Positions 8,671 through 19,006 of a DNA stretch of 64,000 bases are shown here, piece after piece. Origin of the DNA: Chloroflexota bacterium (lineage in GTDB: Bacteria > Chloroflexota > UBA11872 > VXOZ01); contig CAXXVD010000002.1 of assembly GCA_963662335.2 (NCBI GenBank), positions 1 to 64,000 on the forward strand. The letters run 5' to 3'. Every line of letters begins with the position of its first letter. Positions within the stretch are counted from its first letter, which is position 1. Under the pieces are notes generated by a model. The model made no database searches, had not been told where the DNA came from, and saw nothing but the letters and a program-made list of their open reading frames with translations. Position numbers and translations under genes: made by a program.

Positions 8671-9654
8671 GTGGCAAGGGCATTCATTGGTGCACGTTCT
8701 ATCCTCGATCTCCCCGGCCCGCATTGGGACCTCCTGCGCAATGCCGGCATCGAGTTGGCCGACCCGCTCGACGTCTACCGCCCGCTAACCGAGCAGGAGT
8801 TGCTCGACAATCTCGACGGCATCACCGCGTTCGTCGCCGGGTCGGACCACTTTACCGAGCGCGTCTTTGCCGCCCACCCGCAACTGAAGATCGTCGCCCG
8901 CGTCGGCGTGGGCTACGACCAGATCGACGTGGACGCCGCCACCCGGCACGGCGTCTGGGTCACCATCACCCCCGGCGCCAATAACGATACCGTGGCCGAC
9001 TATGCCTTTGCCATGATCCTGGCCCTGGCGCGCCAACTGGTGGAGCACGCGGCTATTGCCCGCGACGGCGGCTTCCACCGCATCCAGGGCGTGGACGTGT
9101 GCAACAAGACGCTCGGCATCCTGGGGCTGGGCCGCATCGGCAAGTCGGTGGCGCGGCGGGCCAGCGGCTTCAACATGCGCGTGCTGGCCTACGACGTGGC
9201 CTGGGACGCGGAGGCCGCGGCGGAACTGGGCGTGACGTTCGCGGAGCCGGAGACGCTCTTTGCGGAATCCGACTTCATCTCCGTCCACCTGCCCAGCACG
9301 CCGGAGACGGTGAAATTCGTGAACGCGCCGCTGTTGGAGCGCATGAAACCCAGCGCCTACATCGTCAACACGGCCCGCGGCAGCCTGGTGGACGAAGAGG
9401 CCCTGGTGGCCGCCATCGACGCCGGCCACCTGGCCGGCGCCGCTTCCGACGTCTTCTCCGTGGAACCCCCACCGAAAGACCATCCTTTCTTAACCCACCC
9501 CAAGATCCTCCCCTTCCCCCACGTGGCCGGCGTCACCCAGGAATCCGTCCACGCCATGGTCATCATGGCCTTCGAATGCATCGCCGCCGTGGTGAAAGGC
9601 GAACGCCCGCCCTACCCGGTGGACGAACAGGCCCAGTACGACCGCCTGCCGTAG
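8671..9654 (+). CDS. D-isomer-specific 2-hydroxyacid (phosphoglycerate-like) dehydrogenase
   Basis: RVGVGYD, GLGRIG, VNTARG, DVFSVEP, PHVAG. Confidence 0.92.
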   Translation: MARAFIGARSILDLPGPHWDLLRNAGIELADPLDVYRPLTEQELLDNLDGITAFVAGSDHFTERVFAAHPQLKIVARVGVGYDQIDVDAATRHGVWVTITPGANNDTVADYAFAMILALARQLVEHAAIARDGGFHRIQGVDVCNKTLGILGLGRIGKSVARRASGFNMRVLAYDVAWDAEAAAELGVTFAEPETLFAESDFISVHLPSTPETVKFVNAPLLERMKPSAYIVNTARGSLVDEEALVAAIDAGHLAGAASDVFSVEPPPKDHPFLTHPKILPFPHVAGVTQESVHAMVIMAFECIAAVVKGERPPYPVDEQAQYDRLP

Positions 9655-9689
9655 CGAGTTTGTTGTTACGCGCTTTCTACGCTGCCGAG

Positions 9690-10019
9690 AGCAGTTTGGA
9701 TACCTTCAGCGAAGAGGCAGCCCATTGGCTTCAGTTAGAAGCCGCCGGCAGCCGCGTAGCCGCCATGCAGGCCCGCGGCCAGTGGGGCGCGCGCCACTTT
9801 GCCAAGATCATGTTCGAGTTGCCCATCCGCCTCTTCAACGTCAACAACCCCCTGCACCAGGAACTCGCCGCAGCCGCCAAAGTCGCCGCCAGCGTCCCCC
9901 TCAAAGAAGCCACCTACTTCGTCACCGCCCGCAAGCGCATCCGCGCTGCTCTCCAGGAGGACGGCATCGCGCAGGAGATCGAGGAACTCGTGACAAGACT
10001 GCTTGATAGCCACGCATAG
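9690..10019 (+). pseudogene. C-terminal remnant of a large N6-adenine methylase/type IIG restriction-modification protein
   Basis: QARGQWGARHFAKIMFELPIRLFNVNNPLHQELAAAA...ARKRIRAALQEDG resembles the C-termini of such proteins from memory; no start codon or catalytic motifs. Confidence 0.5.
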
Positions 10020-10091
10020 CGCCAGCGGGAAGTCCTCAGGCAAAAGGAGTCACAGTGTGGCATTTGTCGGCATGAAACAATAGAATGTGTA

Positions 10092-10756
10092 AGAGCATAT
10101 TTGAAGAATTCCTGCGTGGTAGGATGGTAAGCGTCCGACCAACCCCACCTACCACGCAGGAGGCTATCACTGTTGCACAGAGAGCAGAGATATACCAAGA
10201 CCAGCAATGGGGCATACTTCATCCCTGGTTGTTCCCAGGTCGCAAGGGGCCGGGACGCCCGCCGGCACCGGACATGAGAGCGGTGGTGGACGCCATCTTG
10301 TACGTGGCTATGACGCTGGCAAGAACGTGAAGGGGCGCAAGCGCCACATCGTGGTAGACGTCCTGGGCAACCTGGTGGCGGCGGCGGTGCACGCTGCCGG
10401 CATCCAGGATCGGGACGGCGTCCGGCTCGTGTTGGCGCAACTGCGCGCAACCACCAAAGCGCGCATCAGGCTCATCTGGGCTGACGGCGCCTACACGGGC
10501 CGGCTGGCGCACTGGGTGCGGGAAACGCTGGACGTCCTGCTGACCGTGTTTCCCCGACCGTCTCGACAAAAGGGGTTTCACCTCCTGCCCCGGCGGTGGG
10601 TAGGGGAACGCACCCTGGGCTGGTTCAAGCGGTATCGCCGGCTGAGCAAGGACTATGAGCGGTGTGCCGAGAGCAGTGAAAGCATGCGCTACATTGCTGC
10701 TAGCCACACCTTGATACGGCGATTGGCTCCCTGCCTCTAATTTTCAAACAGGTTCT
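10092..10756 (+). mobile_element. IS5-family element with internally deleted transposase
   Basis: Ends AGAGCATATTTGAA / TTCAAACAGGTTCT, each flanked by TA. N-terminal QWGILHPW..GRPPAPDMRAVVDAILYV joins out of frame to GYDAGKNVKGRKRHIVVD..WADGAY..RRWVGERTLGW..RRLSKDYE. Confidence 0.85.
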
Positions 10757-10781
10757 TAGACAAGATGAGGAGAATCCGGCA

Positions 10782-11564
10782 ATGGCGAAAGGTAACGGGC
10801 GGCCTGAACTCTTCGACGTAAACGTCTCGCTGGGGCCGTTGCCGCAGCGGCCGCCGGGCGCGCCCACCGACGCGGCGGGCCTGCTGGCCTTGCTGGACGC
10901 ATACGATATTGGGCGCGCGCTGGTGTGCCACACCGTTGCCAAGTGGCACCATCCGACGGACGGCAACGAGCGGCTCTTGCGGGCAATCGACGGCGAGCCG
11001 CGCCTTGTGCCCTGCTGGGTGGTGATGCCCGGCGCTACCGGCGAAGTACCGCCGGAAGCGGAGCAGGTGGCGCAACTGCTGGCGGCCGGCGCGCGCGCCG
11101 CGCGGCTCTGCCCCAAGACGCACGGCCTGCTGCTGGAACCGTGGGTGATCGCGCCGCTGGCGCAGGCGCTCGCCGCCAAGCGCGTGCCGCTGCTGCTCGA
11201 CTTCGACAACGCCCACTACAGCGAACCGCGTCACTGGGACTTCATCACCTGGCTGCTGATGGACTTTCCCGACTTGCCGGTCATCCTCCTGCGGCAGTCC
11301 CACGCCGAGTTCCGCGTAATCTACCCGCTGCTGGAGCGCGCGCCGAATCTCTACGTGGAGACCTCGTATCTGGGCGGGCACAGCTCGCTGATAGAACTGG
11401 TTGAGCGGTTTGGGGCCGAGCGCTTCATCTTCGGCACCGGCCTGCCGCTCTTCGAGCCGGCCCTGCCCATCACGACGCTTTCCTACGGCGGCCTGGAACC
11501 CGCGGCGCGGGCGGCAATCGCGGGGCAGAGCTTGCAGCGGCTCCTGGACGGCTGCCTGGTATAG
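10782..11564 (+). CDS. Amidohydrolase_2 family protein (degenerate metal motif)
   Basis: FDVNVSLG, GNERL, PNLYVETS, GAERFIFGTGLP. Confidence 0.8.
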   Translation: MAKGNGRPELFDVNVSLGPLPQRPPGAPTDAAGLLALLDAYDIGRALVCHTVAKWHHPTDGNERLLRAIDGEPRLVPCWVVMPGATGEVPPEAEQVAQLLAAGARAARLCPKTHGLLLEPWVIAPLAQALAAKRVPLLLDFDNAHYSEPRHWDFITWLLMDFPDLPVILLRQSHAEFRVIYPLLERAPNLYVETSYLGGHSSLIELVERFGAERFIFGTGLPLFEPALPITTLSYGGLEPAARAAIAGQSLQRLLDGCLV

Positions 11565-11583
11565 ATGCCGAGAGCGCGACGCC

Positions 11584-12246
11584 ATGGCTGACAGCGAACC
11601 GAACGACATCTGCGTTGAATTGCAGGATGTTGCCGACCAGTTGCGGGCGATTGGGCAGACCGGGCTCTTCTACGCCCGGCGGGAGGACGACGAGTACGAT
11701 ATTGCCCGCTACGAGCGGGTGTTGGCGCTGGCGGCGCGGCTGTTTGCGCTGACGGATACGCGCTCGGCAGCGGAAATCCTGGCGGTGTATAACGGGGACA
11801 TCGGCGAGCAGTCGCCGAAAGTGGCGGCCTTTGGCGCGGTCTTCGATGCGCAAGGGCGGATTCTGCTCATGCAGCGGGCGGACAACCGCCTGTGGGCCAT
11901 GCCGGGCGGCATGGTGGAAGTGGGCGAGACGGCGGCGCAGGCGGCGGAACGGGAGATCTGGGAGGAGACCGGCGTGCGCGTGCGCGCCGAGCGGCTCATC
12001 GGCATCTACGACAACCGTCTATACGGCGGCCGCGCGCCGTTTCAACTCTACAACGTCGGCTTTCTCTGCGCCCACGTTTCCGGCGCGCCGCACCCGACCA
12101 GCGAGGCCCTGGACGTGGGCTATTTTGCCGAGGATGAGTTGCCGCCGCTCACGCGGGGCCACGGCGCCCGCATGGCTCAAATGTTCGCCTGGCAGCGCGG
12201 CGAACGAACGGAGCCGCACTTCGAACATGCCGCCCCTGAGCGGTAG
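11584..12246 (+). CDS. NUDIX hydrolase (ADP-ribose pyrophosphatase-like, with N-terminal helical domain)
   Basis: Nudix box GGMVEVGETAAQAAEREIWEETG; LRAIGQTGLFY..YDIARY. Confidence 0.9.
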   Translation: MADSEPNDICVELQDVADQLRAIGQTGLFYARREDDEYDIARYERVLALAARLFALTDTRSAAEILAVYNGDIGEQSPKVAAFGAVFDAQGRILLMQRADNRLWAMPGGMVEVGETAAQAAEREIWEETGVRVRAERLIGIYDNRLYGGRAPFQLYNVGFLCAHVSGAPHPTSEALDVGYFAEDELPPLTRGHGARMAQMFAWQRGERTEPHFEHAAPER

Positions 12247-12349
12247 GCCGGCGGCGCAAAATTCTACGAAAAAAAGCGCCGCGCCATCTTGTCCGCGCCC
12301 AAAATCGGGTGTACAATGCAACCATGCTCGGCGCTTCCTCAGCGCGCAC

Positions 12350-12421
12350 GGCCCGCTAGCTCAATGGTAGAGCAACTGACTCTTAATCAGTGGGTTCGGG
12401 GTTCGAGTCCCTGGCGGGTCA
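12350..12421 (+). tRNA. tRNA-Lys(CTT)
   Basis: Cloverleaf with acceptor GGCCCGC/GCGGGTC, anticodon arm ACTGA-CTCTTAA-TCAGT and GTTCGAGTCC; CCA not encoded. Confidence 0.95.
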
Positions 12422-12705
12422 CCGGCTATCCGGACACGGCACGATGCCAGTCGGTAGTTGAAATATACGTAGGGTGCGTTGGACGGTGAAACGTCCCGGC
12501 AAGGAGCACGGAGCGGTCGCGGGACGAGTTGGGGCCTTGGCAAAGGAGTAAGCACGAAAATGCAAGCGCGGAGACAGCGGAGATCTGGGTGAGGGCGTCT
12601 TGACGCGCGCTTCCGCCGCGCGTTGATTCTTGCCTTCCCTGTGCTTTCAGCGTTGTTCGTACGTGCACACGTTGCATGCTACCTAGACTGGAGTGTGTGA
12701 TTGTC

Positions 12706-13509
12706 ATGAATGATACGACCACTCTGTTTCCGCATGAGACCGGCAACCTTGGCGAAATTAGCGTCTACCACCCGGAAGGCACGTTTACGCCAAGCCCGGC
12801 CAGCCGCCTGGCGCTCAAGGCGATCGTCGATAACCAGAACCTCCTGGGAGGGACAGGCATCGATTGGGGCACCGGCTCAGGCTGCCTCGCCATTCTCGCG
12901 GCCAGAATCCCGGCAGTCAAGGAATTGATTGGCCTGGACATTTCTGAGAGCAGCATCCCGGTTGCCAGGATGAATGCCCAGACGAACGCCGTGGGCGACA
13001 AGGCCCAGTTCTTGTGGTCAGACTCGTACCGTCCCTATGCGGCTGCCGACCGGCGCACGCTCGCCGACTTTCGCGGGCGCACGGATTTCGTGCTGTCCAA
13101 CCCGCCCTTCAGCGACGACGATGACGGTTTCGCGTACCGGGCCGTTGTCTTGCGAGGCGCGAAGGACTTTCTGCGCCCGGGCGGCGTGGTATTTCTCAGT
13201 ATCGCGCTGCACTACGGCGAAGAACGAGCCGTGCGCCTGACGAACGAGGTGCCCGGCTACGAGCGCAGTTACCTGCTGGCGACGACCGACTTGGTTCCCT
13301 ATGAGGTTGATCGCCCCGGCTACCTGCACTACCTGGAGAACTACGCCATCGCAGAAGAGAAGGGCGGCCCCGACTACGTCTTCTTGCATCCTGAGTATCC
13401 GGAGACGGTCTTGAATGCCCGGGCCGCCCTGGAGAATTTTCGCAAGACGGGGGCAAGCCCATTGACGAAGTGGCAGGCGTATCTCTTCATCAGGCGCACA
13501 GATCCATAG
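12706..13509 (+). CDS. Class I SAM-dependent methyltransferase (HemK/MTS-like)
   Basis: IDWGTGSG motif I, LDIS, NPPF. Confidence 0.85.
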   Translation: MNDTTTLFPHETGNLGEISVYHPEGTFTPSPASRLALKAIVDNQNLLGGTGIDWGTGSGCLAILAARIPAVKELIGLDISESSIPVARMNAQTNAVGDKAQFLWSDSYRPYAAADRRTLADFRGRTDFVLSNPPFSDDDDGFAYRAVVLRGAKDFLRPGGVVFLSIALHYGEERAVRLTNEVPGYERSYLLATTDLVPYEVDRPGYLHYLENYAIAEEKGGPDYVFLHPEYPETVLNARAALENFRKTGASPLTKWQAYLFIRRTDP

Positions 13510-13605
13510 GCGGCCGCGCAAGGGATTGCCGGCAGGCCAACCTACCGCCCCGGTAACGGTGACGGGCAGCCCTGGGCGGCCAGGAGAACGTGAGCGCGTT
13601 TCACA

Positions 13606-14388
13606 ATGCTGATCGACACGCACGTCTACGTCGGCCACTGGGGCTTCCGGCCGTTGCCGTGGCGCGGGGCGGACGGCCTGCTGCGCGCCATGGACGCCCA
13701 CGGCATCGAGCAGGCGTGGGTGTCGTCCGCCAGCGCCATTCTCTACCGCAATTCGCACGCGGGCAATGAGGAACTGCACGCCGAGGCGCGTGGGCATGGC
13801 GATCGTCTCGTGCCGTTCGCGGTCATCAATCCGACGTACGCCGATTGGGAGCACGACCTGGCAGTCTGCCATGAGGAGTTCGGCTGCCGGGGCGTGCGGC
13901 TCTATCCGCCCTATCATCGCTATACCCTGGGCGATTCCGCCTGCCATGACCTGGTGGCGGCGGCCATTGCGCGCAATCTCGTGATTTCCGTGCCCCACTG
14001 GGTGGAGGACGACCGCGAACGCTCGTGGCTGCTGGCCCAACCCGGCGTCACGCCGGTGGCGGATATGGCGGCCCTGGCGCAGGCGCATCCCGATGGGCGC
14101 TTCGTGTTTCACTACGGCATCGGCTATACGGAGACGGCCTTGGGCCGGCGGGGCGGCGTGCAGGCCGGCTACGGGCTGGACATCGCGCGGCTGCCGGTGT
14201 TCGTGAAAGAGGAACTGCCAAGACTTCTCGCGGAGATCGGCCCGGAGCGGTTGGTCTTTGGCAGCGGCATGCCGCTCACGCCGGCGGACGTGCCCCTGTT
14301 TAAGCTGGAGGTCCTCGACGCGCCGGCGGCGGTGAAGGAACAAATCCGCTGGCAAAACGCGCGGCGGCTGCTTGGCGGGGGCGTCTAA
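13606..14388 (+). CDS. Amidohydrolase_2 family protein
   Basis: MLIDTHVYVG, GNEEL, GVRLYP, ERLVFGSGMP. Confidence 0.85.
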   Translation: MLIDTHVYVGHWGFRPLPWRGADGLLRAMDAHGIEQAWVSSASAILYRNSHAGNEELHAEARGHGDRLVPFAVINPTYADWEHDLAVCHEEFGCRGVRLYPPYHRYTLGDSACHDLVAAAIARNLVISVPHWVEDDRERSWLLAQPGVTPVADMAALAQAHPDGRFVFHYGIGYTETALGRRGGVQAGYGLDIARLPVFVKEELPRLLAEIGPERLVFGSGMPLTPADVPLFKLEVLDAPAAVKEQIRWQNARRLLGGGV

Positions 14389-14402
14389 TGATGTGCTCTT
14401 GC

Positions 14403-14426
14403 GTAGCGCGGGGGCTTGTCCCCCGC
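14403..14426 (+). repeat. REP-like element
   Basis: GTAGCGCGGGGGCTTGTCCCCCGC. Confidence 0.85.
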
Positions 14427-14469
14427 CGGGTGGCGCGGAGGCCGTGATGTATCTAACGAGGTGTAATCG

Positions 14470-15243
14470 ATGGTAATCGACTGTCACGCGCACCTGAGCG
14501 GCGACCACACCGGTATCACGCGCATCTGGGGCAAGAGCGACGCCGCGCTCATCGCCGCCGCCGACCGGGTGGGCATCGACGTGAGTTGCGCCTCGATTTT
14601 GACCACCGCGCTGCCCGCGCCGCTGGCGGACTTCCAGGAGTGCAACCGCCAGACGGCTGCCGCCACCCGGCAATTTCCCGGCAAAGTGCGCGGCTACTGC
14701 TACGTCAACCCCGGCTACACCCGCGAGGCCCTGCACGAGATTCGCACCTACGTAGAAGAGCACGGCTTCATGGGCATCAAGCTCTACAACGAATACCCGT
14801 GCACCGATCCCATTCTCTTTCCCATTGTCGAACTGGCCATCGAGCTTGGCGTGCCCATCCTGCAGCACGCCAGCCACCAGCACCGGCCGATACCCAGCCA
14901 GCCCAACATCTCCGACAGCGGCGATCTGGCCGTACTGGCGGCGCGCTACCCGGAGGCCATGCTCATCTGCGCCCATATCGGCGGGGGCGGCGACTGGGAG
15001 TGGACGATCAAGGCGGCGCGCAATTCGCCGAACGTCTATCTCGACACCAGCGGCAGCGTCTTCGATAGCGGCATGGTGCAGATGGCCGTGCGCGTGGTCG
15101 GCGCGGAGCGGGTGCTCTTCGGCTGCGACACGTCGTTTACCGCCGGCATCGGCAAGATACGCGCCGCGCAACTCACCGGGGAACAGCGGGCGCTCATCAT
15201 GGGCGGCAACATGGCGCGCATCCTGTCACAGCGGCGGGCGTAA
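14470..15243 (+). CDS. Amidohydrolase_2 family protein
   Basis: IDCHAH, GIKL, LQH, AHIGG, NVYLDTSG, ERVLFGCD. Confidence 0.9.
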   Translation: MVIDCHAHLSGDHTGITRIWGKSDAALIAAADRVGIDVSCASILTTALPAPLADFQECNRQTAAATRQFPGKVRGYCYVNPGYTREALHEIRTYVEEHGFMGIKLYNEYPCTDPILFPIVELAIELGVPILQHASHQHRPIPSQPNISDSGDLAVLAARYPEAMLICAHIGGGGDWEWTIKAARNSPNVYLDTSGSVFDSGMVQMAVRVVGAERVLFGCDTSFTAGIGKIRAAQLTGEQRALIMGGNMARILSQRRA

Positions 15244-15376
15244 TTTGAACCCGTAGCGCCGCGCACTATCCTTTTGACGCAGCAGGCGTGAGCGGACTAT
15301 ACTTGCCGCAGGAGCGGGAACGGCGCAGCCGAAGCCGTTCCCGGTGTGTGAAAAGCGGTACACAGGGAGAACAACG

Positions 15377-16744
15377 ATGAAAGAGACTCACGGTTTTTCG
15401 CGGCGTAGTCTACTGGGCGCATCGGCCATCGGCGCCGCCGGGCTGCTGCTGGCGGCGTGCGGCCAGGTGCAAGTTGCGGGCGAGCCCATGGAGCAGGAAG
15501 CGGACGCTCCAGAAGAGGCCGAGCAGCGGATGGTTGAGGAGCACGCGCCCGTGATCGCGTTGCTCATCAGCCAGCGCGAGGACACGATTGCCAAGACGGC
15601 GGCCACGCTGGAACTCTTCGATACGGAACATCCCGAAGTCGACGTGGCGTGGAAACTGGGCTATCCGCCGCGCGAGTTGCCGCCGCTGCTGGCGGCCGGT
15701 TCGCCGCCGGACGTCTGCTGGTGGGGCGTGGCGCCGCACCAGGTGGCCGACATCGTCCGCGACCACCGTCCCGTGCTGGCCGCACACGGCGTGGACATCA
15801 GCGAGATTGTCGAGCCGGTGATCAAGGGCAATACCTGGCAGGGCAAGTTGCTCGGCGTGCCGTACGGGCTGAACACGACGAGCATCTTCTACAACAAAGA
15901 CCACTTCGCCGCCGCCGGCCTCAATCCGCCGACGGACGAGACCACGTGGGAGCAGGTCCTCAACGACGCCGATGCCTTGACGGCGCACCTCAACCAGGGG
16001 TCGGAAAAGAAGACCGCCTGGGGCATCGCCATGAGTTCCTACATTCCCCAGTACCTGCCGTTCGTCTATGGCGGCATGTTGGATGAGGACGGCGAACTGG
16101 CCGCCGACCGCGAGATCGTGCTCCACATGGTGCAGATGATCAAGGATTCGTGGACGCGGCGGGAAGCGGCGCCCGGGCCGAACAACGAGGACATCGACCT
16201 GAGCCGCTTTGCCATCGCCGCGTTCGGCCGGCAGCAACTCAGCCAGGTCATCTTCGGCACGTGGGGTATCGTGCCGACGCGGGAAGCGGCGGAATTTGGG
16301 TTCGATTCCATCGAGCCGCCGTTTCTCGAGATTGGCGGCGGCCGCACGCGCGGCGCGTTCATGGGCCAGGAAGAGCACTTCGTGCTGGACAGCAGCACCA
16401 ATCCGGACGCGGAGACGCTGGTAGTCTGGTTCGCCAAGTCCACCCATCAAGAGTGGATGGGCCAGCGCGGCCACGCCATTCCGGTGCACATCCCGTCGCA
16501 GCACTCCTTCGGCCCGCCGGAAGACAATCCGCACCCGGCCAACCAACTGTCGTTCGCCCGCAGCGCGGGCTACGCCACGCCGTTCTGGCCGCACCCGGCG
16601 TACCGGAACTTTACCGGCGCCCTGAATACGCACCTGCGGCCGCACTTCCGGGAAGAGGACAATCTGACCTCGGAAGAGGCGGTGGAAAACGCCTTCGCGG
16701 CGCTGGAACAGGCGATCGAGGACTGGAAGAAGGAGAACGCGTAA
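15377..16744 (+). CDS. Carbohydrate ABC-type extracellular solute-binding lipoprotein (Tat signal)
   Basis: SRRSLL...LLAAC; LAAGSPPDV; GVPY..IFYNKDHF..AG..PP..TWE; no permease adjacent. Confidence 0.85.
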   Translation: MKETHGFSRRSLLGASAIGAAGLLLAACGQVQVAGEPMEQEADAPEEAEQRMVEEHAPVIALLISQREDTIAKTAATLELFDTEHPEVDVAWKLGYPPRELPPLLAAGSPPDVCWWGVAPHQVADIVRDHRPVLAAHGVDISEIVEPVIKGNTWQGKLLGVPYGLNTTSIFYNKDHFAAAGLNPPTDETTWEQVLNDADALTAHLNQGSEKKTAWGIAMSSYIPQYLPFVYGGMLDEDGELAADREIVLHMVQMIKDSWTRREAAPGPNNEDIDLSRFAIAAFGRQQLSQVIFGTWGIVPTREAAEFGFDSIEPPFLEIGGGRTRGAFMGQEEHFVLDSSTNPDAETLVVWFAKSTHQEWMGQRGHAIPVHIPSQHSFGPPEDNPHPANQLSFARSAGYATPFWPHPAYRNFTGALNTHLRPHFREEDNLTSEEAVENAFAALEQAIEDWKKENA

Positions 16745-16785
16745 GGCGTATTCCAAACCCGGCTAACCCGTCGTAACAGATTCCA

Positions 16786-16935
16786 CCGGTAGGGGTGCCC
16801 CTTGTGGGCGCCCAGCCCGGCGGCATGCATAGTCTCACCCCCCGGTAGGGGCGTCCCATCGTGGGCGTCCAGCCCGGCGACATGCGTAGTTTCACCCACC
16901 GGTAGGGGCGTCCCATCGTGGGCGCCCAACCCAGC
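16786..16935. repeat. Three tandem 56-57 bp units, each carrying a GTAGGGGCGTCCCATCGTGGGCGCCC-type REP
   Basis: Units start at 16786, 16842 and 16899, and the linkers resemble each other. Confidence 0.85.
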
Positions 16936-16943
16936 GGCCCGGG

Positions 16944-17744
16944 TCACACGTCGACGCCTACCGCACCTTCGGCGGCCTGAATAAACTCCCCTGCCGTAAT
17001 CGACCCCGCCAGGCTGCGCGATTCGAACTGGTGCAGCATCTCCGCCGTGCAGAGATCCGGCGGCAGGCCCGGCGCGCCGATGCTGGTGGTGCAGTCCCGC
17101 AGCACGATGACGCAGTAGCCGCGCTCGCGCATGGCGTAGACGCCGTAGTCGCGGTGCGGCACGCAGTAGTTGGTGGCAAAGCCCGCGTAGAAGAGGTAGC
17201 GAATGCGCTGGTGGCGGCACAGGCGGTGCAGTTGCGCGCCGGTAGCGATCACGAAGTCCTCGTCCGCAGGCCAGACTGAGCGGTCGATTGAGCGCGCTTC
17301 CTCGTGCCGGCGGCGCAACGGCAGCCACTCCGCGCCGTAACTCGCTTCCAGGTTCACCCATTCTCCCTTACGCTGGGCAAAGTCCGGCGGCGGCCAATCC
17401 GCCGGGGCCTCTTGTTGCGGCGTGAGTTCGCTTTCGCCGGCGTAACGCAGCCACTGCGGAAATTTTTCCGCCACCGGCGGCGAGGGCGCGTGCACCACGG
17501 TCACGCCCAGCGCGCGGCACACGTCCAGCAGGGGGCGAATGAGGTCGCGGCAAATCTGGGCGCTGCGCTCGCCGTGGCTCTCGATCGTCGGCTCGTCCCA
17601 GCAGTCCACGAGCACGATGGCGGCCTCGGATGACGGCACGCTCACCGACGTGTGCTTGAAACCGAAGTGTTCCTCCCGGTACGGCAGGTCCGGCGCGCGC
17701 GGCTCGTGGATGAGAAAGCGCAGGGTCAGGTCTAGGTTTGGCAT
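16944..17744 (-). CDS. Isochorismatase/cysteine hydrolase family protein
   Basis: AIVLVDCW, VVHAPS, YAGFATNYCV, VLRDCT. Confidence 0.85.
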   Translation of the reverse strand: MPNLDLTLRFLIHEPRAPDLPYREEHFGFKHTSVSVPSSEAAIVLVDCWDEPTIESHGERSAQICRDLIRPLLDVCRALGVTVVHAPSPPVAEKFPQWLRYAGESELTPQQEAPADWPPPDFAQRKGEWVNLEASYGAEWLPLRRRHEEARSIDRSVWPADEDFVIATGAQLHRLCRHQRIRYLFYAGFATNYCVPHRDYGVYAMRERGYCVIVLRDCTTSIGAPGLPPDLCTAEMLHQFESRSLAGSITAGEFIQAAEGAVGVDV

Positions 17745-17983
17745 GTCAGGTTCCCCCTTGAATTTCAAGTAGCTTTGCACTTTTTCGCGGCCTACACGTG
17801 CAAGCATACCTGTACGCTCACTATCGCCGCGTGCACTCCCGTGATCTTGCTGCGGCAATCCACCCTATGCAACGCGCGCGCTACGTGTGCCGCTGCCCAT
17901 GCTACCAGGACAATTGCTAGCTGCCGGACACGGCTCTATAATCACCTCAGAGTCCGCTGTACGCACACCAAGGAATCGAGCCC

Positions 17984-18970
17984 GTGCTGCGCGTAGAGAC
18001 CTGGAAACACGGCTGCCGCTGGGTGTACTCCGTCACCTACGACGAGGGCGCGCCATCACTTTTGCGCCATGCGTTGCCGCTGCACCGGCGGCATGACGTG
18101 CCGGGTACGGTTGCCCTGGATGCGGAACGGCTCGCCAACGGCGGCCAAGAGCCACCAGACCCTAGCGGCGGCGAACGCTCTCTGAACGCGGCAGAGCTAC
18201 AAGAGCTACAGCGCCGCGGCTGGAGCGTTGCCGCGCTGGGCCAAGCGCGCGGCGTTGGCGCTCTCACCCCGCTGGCGCCCGCCGAGACGCTCGAGCGGTT
18301 GGTGGGCGCGCCGGTAACGACTCTGGCGGTCTCGCGGCAGGACCATCACCACGGCTACACGCCGGCGGAGATACAAGCGGCCGGCTACCTCGCCGTCTTC
18401 ACCCTTGAAGACCGCCTGAACCACAATCATGTCGATGAGGACTTCAACGCGCTGGGACGCTCCGTGCTCTACGTGGTGGAAGGTCTGCCGCTGCCCGCGC
18501 GCGCCTATGATCCCTACTGGCGGCTGCACCAGGCGCGGGATACCGGCGGCTGGCTGGTGGATAGCGCCCGTTTAGTGGCCGAGAAGCCGGCGGACCCGGA
18601 GCGCGACGTGACGCCGGCGCTGCTAGCCGAACGCTTCGAGAAGGTAGCGGAAGTGGGCGGCGTGTGGCGGGCGACGCCGGACGAGGTGCTCGACTACATG
18701 CTGCTGCGCCGCGCCGCCCATCCGCGCGCGCTGCGCGCCGCGGACGAAGCGATCACATTCTCCATAGAAGCGCCCCGCATACCGGAGCGCGCGCGGAACC
18801 GGGAACTCACCTTCACCCTGGAGATACCGCCCGCGTGGCAACAACCGATGGTGGCCAGCGACGGCGCGCCGGTGGCCGGCGTAACGGCGCTCAGCCAAGA
18901 CCGGATACGCTTTACGCTCCCCGTCGCCGATGGCCAGCGCCTGCGCGTGAGCGACGCGGCTGCCGGCTAG
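17984..18970 (+). CDS. Polysaccharide deacetylase (NodB)-like protein
   Basis: YSVTYDEG, LQELQRRGWSV, VWRATPDEV; similar to 26884-27927. Confidence 0.65.
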   Translation: MLRVETWKHGCRWVYSVTYDEGAPSLLRHALPLHRRHDVPGTVALDAERLANGGQEPPDPSGGERSLNAAELQELQRRGWSVAALGQARGVGALTPLAPAETLERLVGAPVTTLAVSRQDHHHGYTPAEIQAAGYLAVFTLEDRLNHNHVDEDFNALGRSVLYVVEGLPLPARAYDPYWRLHQARDTGGWLVDSARLVAEKPADPERDVTPALLAERFEKVAEVGGVWRATPDEVLDYMLLRRAAHPRALRAADEAITFSIEAPRIPERARNRELTFTLEIPPAWQQPMVASDGAPVAGVTALSQDRIRFTLPVADGQRLRVSDAAAG

Positions 18971-19006
18971 AACGCGCCGCCCCAACGTCACTGCCAGCGC
19001 GCCGCC

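Noticed and set aside
12350-13600. Integrative element at tRNA-Lys
   Set aside because: No integrase and no duplicated tRNA 3' end seen in the window.
16786-16935. Possible mini CRISPR array
   Set aside because: The spacers are near-copies of each other, the repeats start with the REP GTAG motif, and there are no cas genes.
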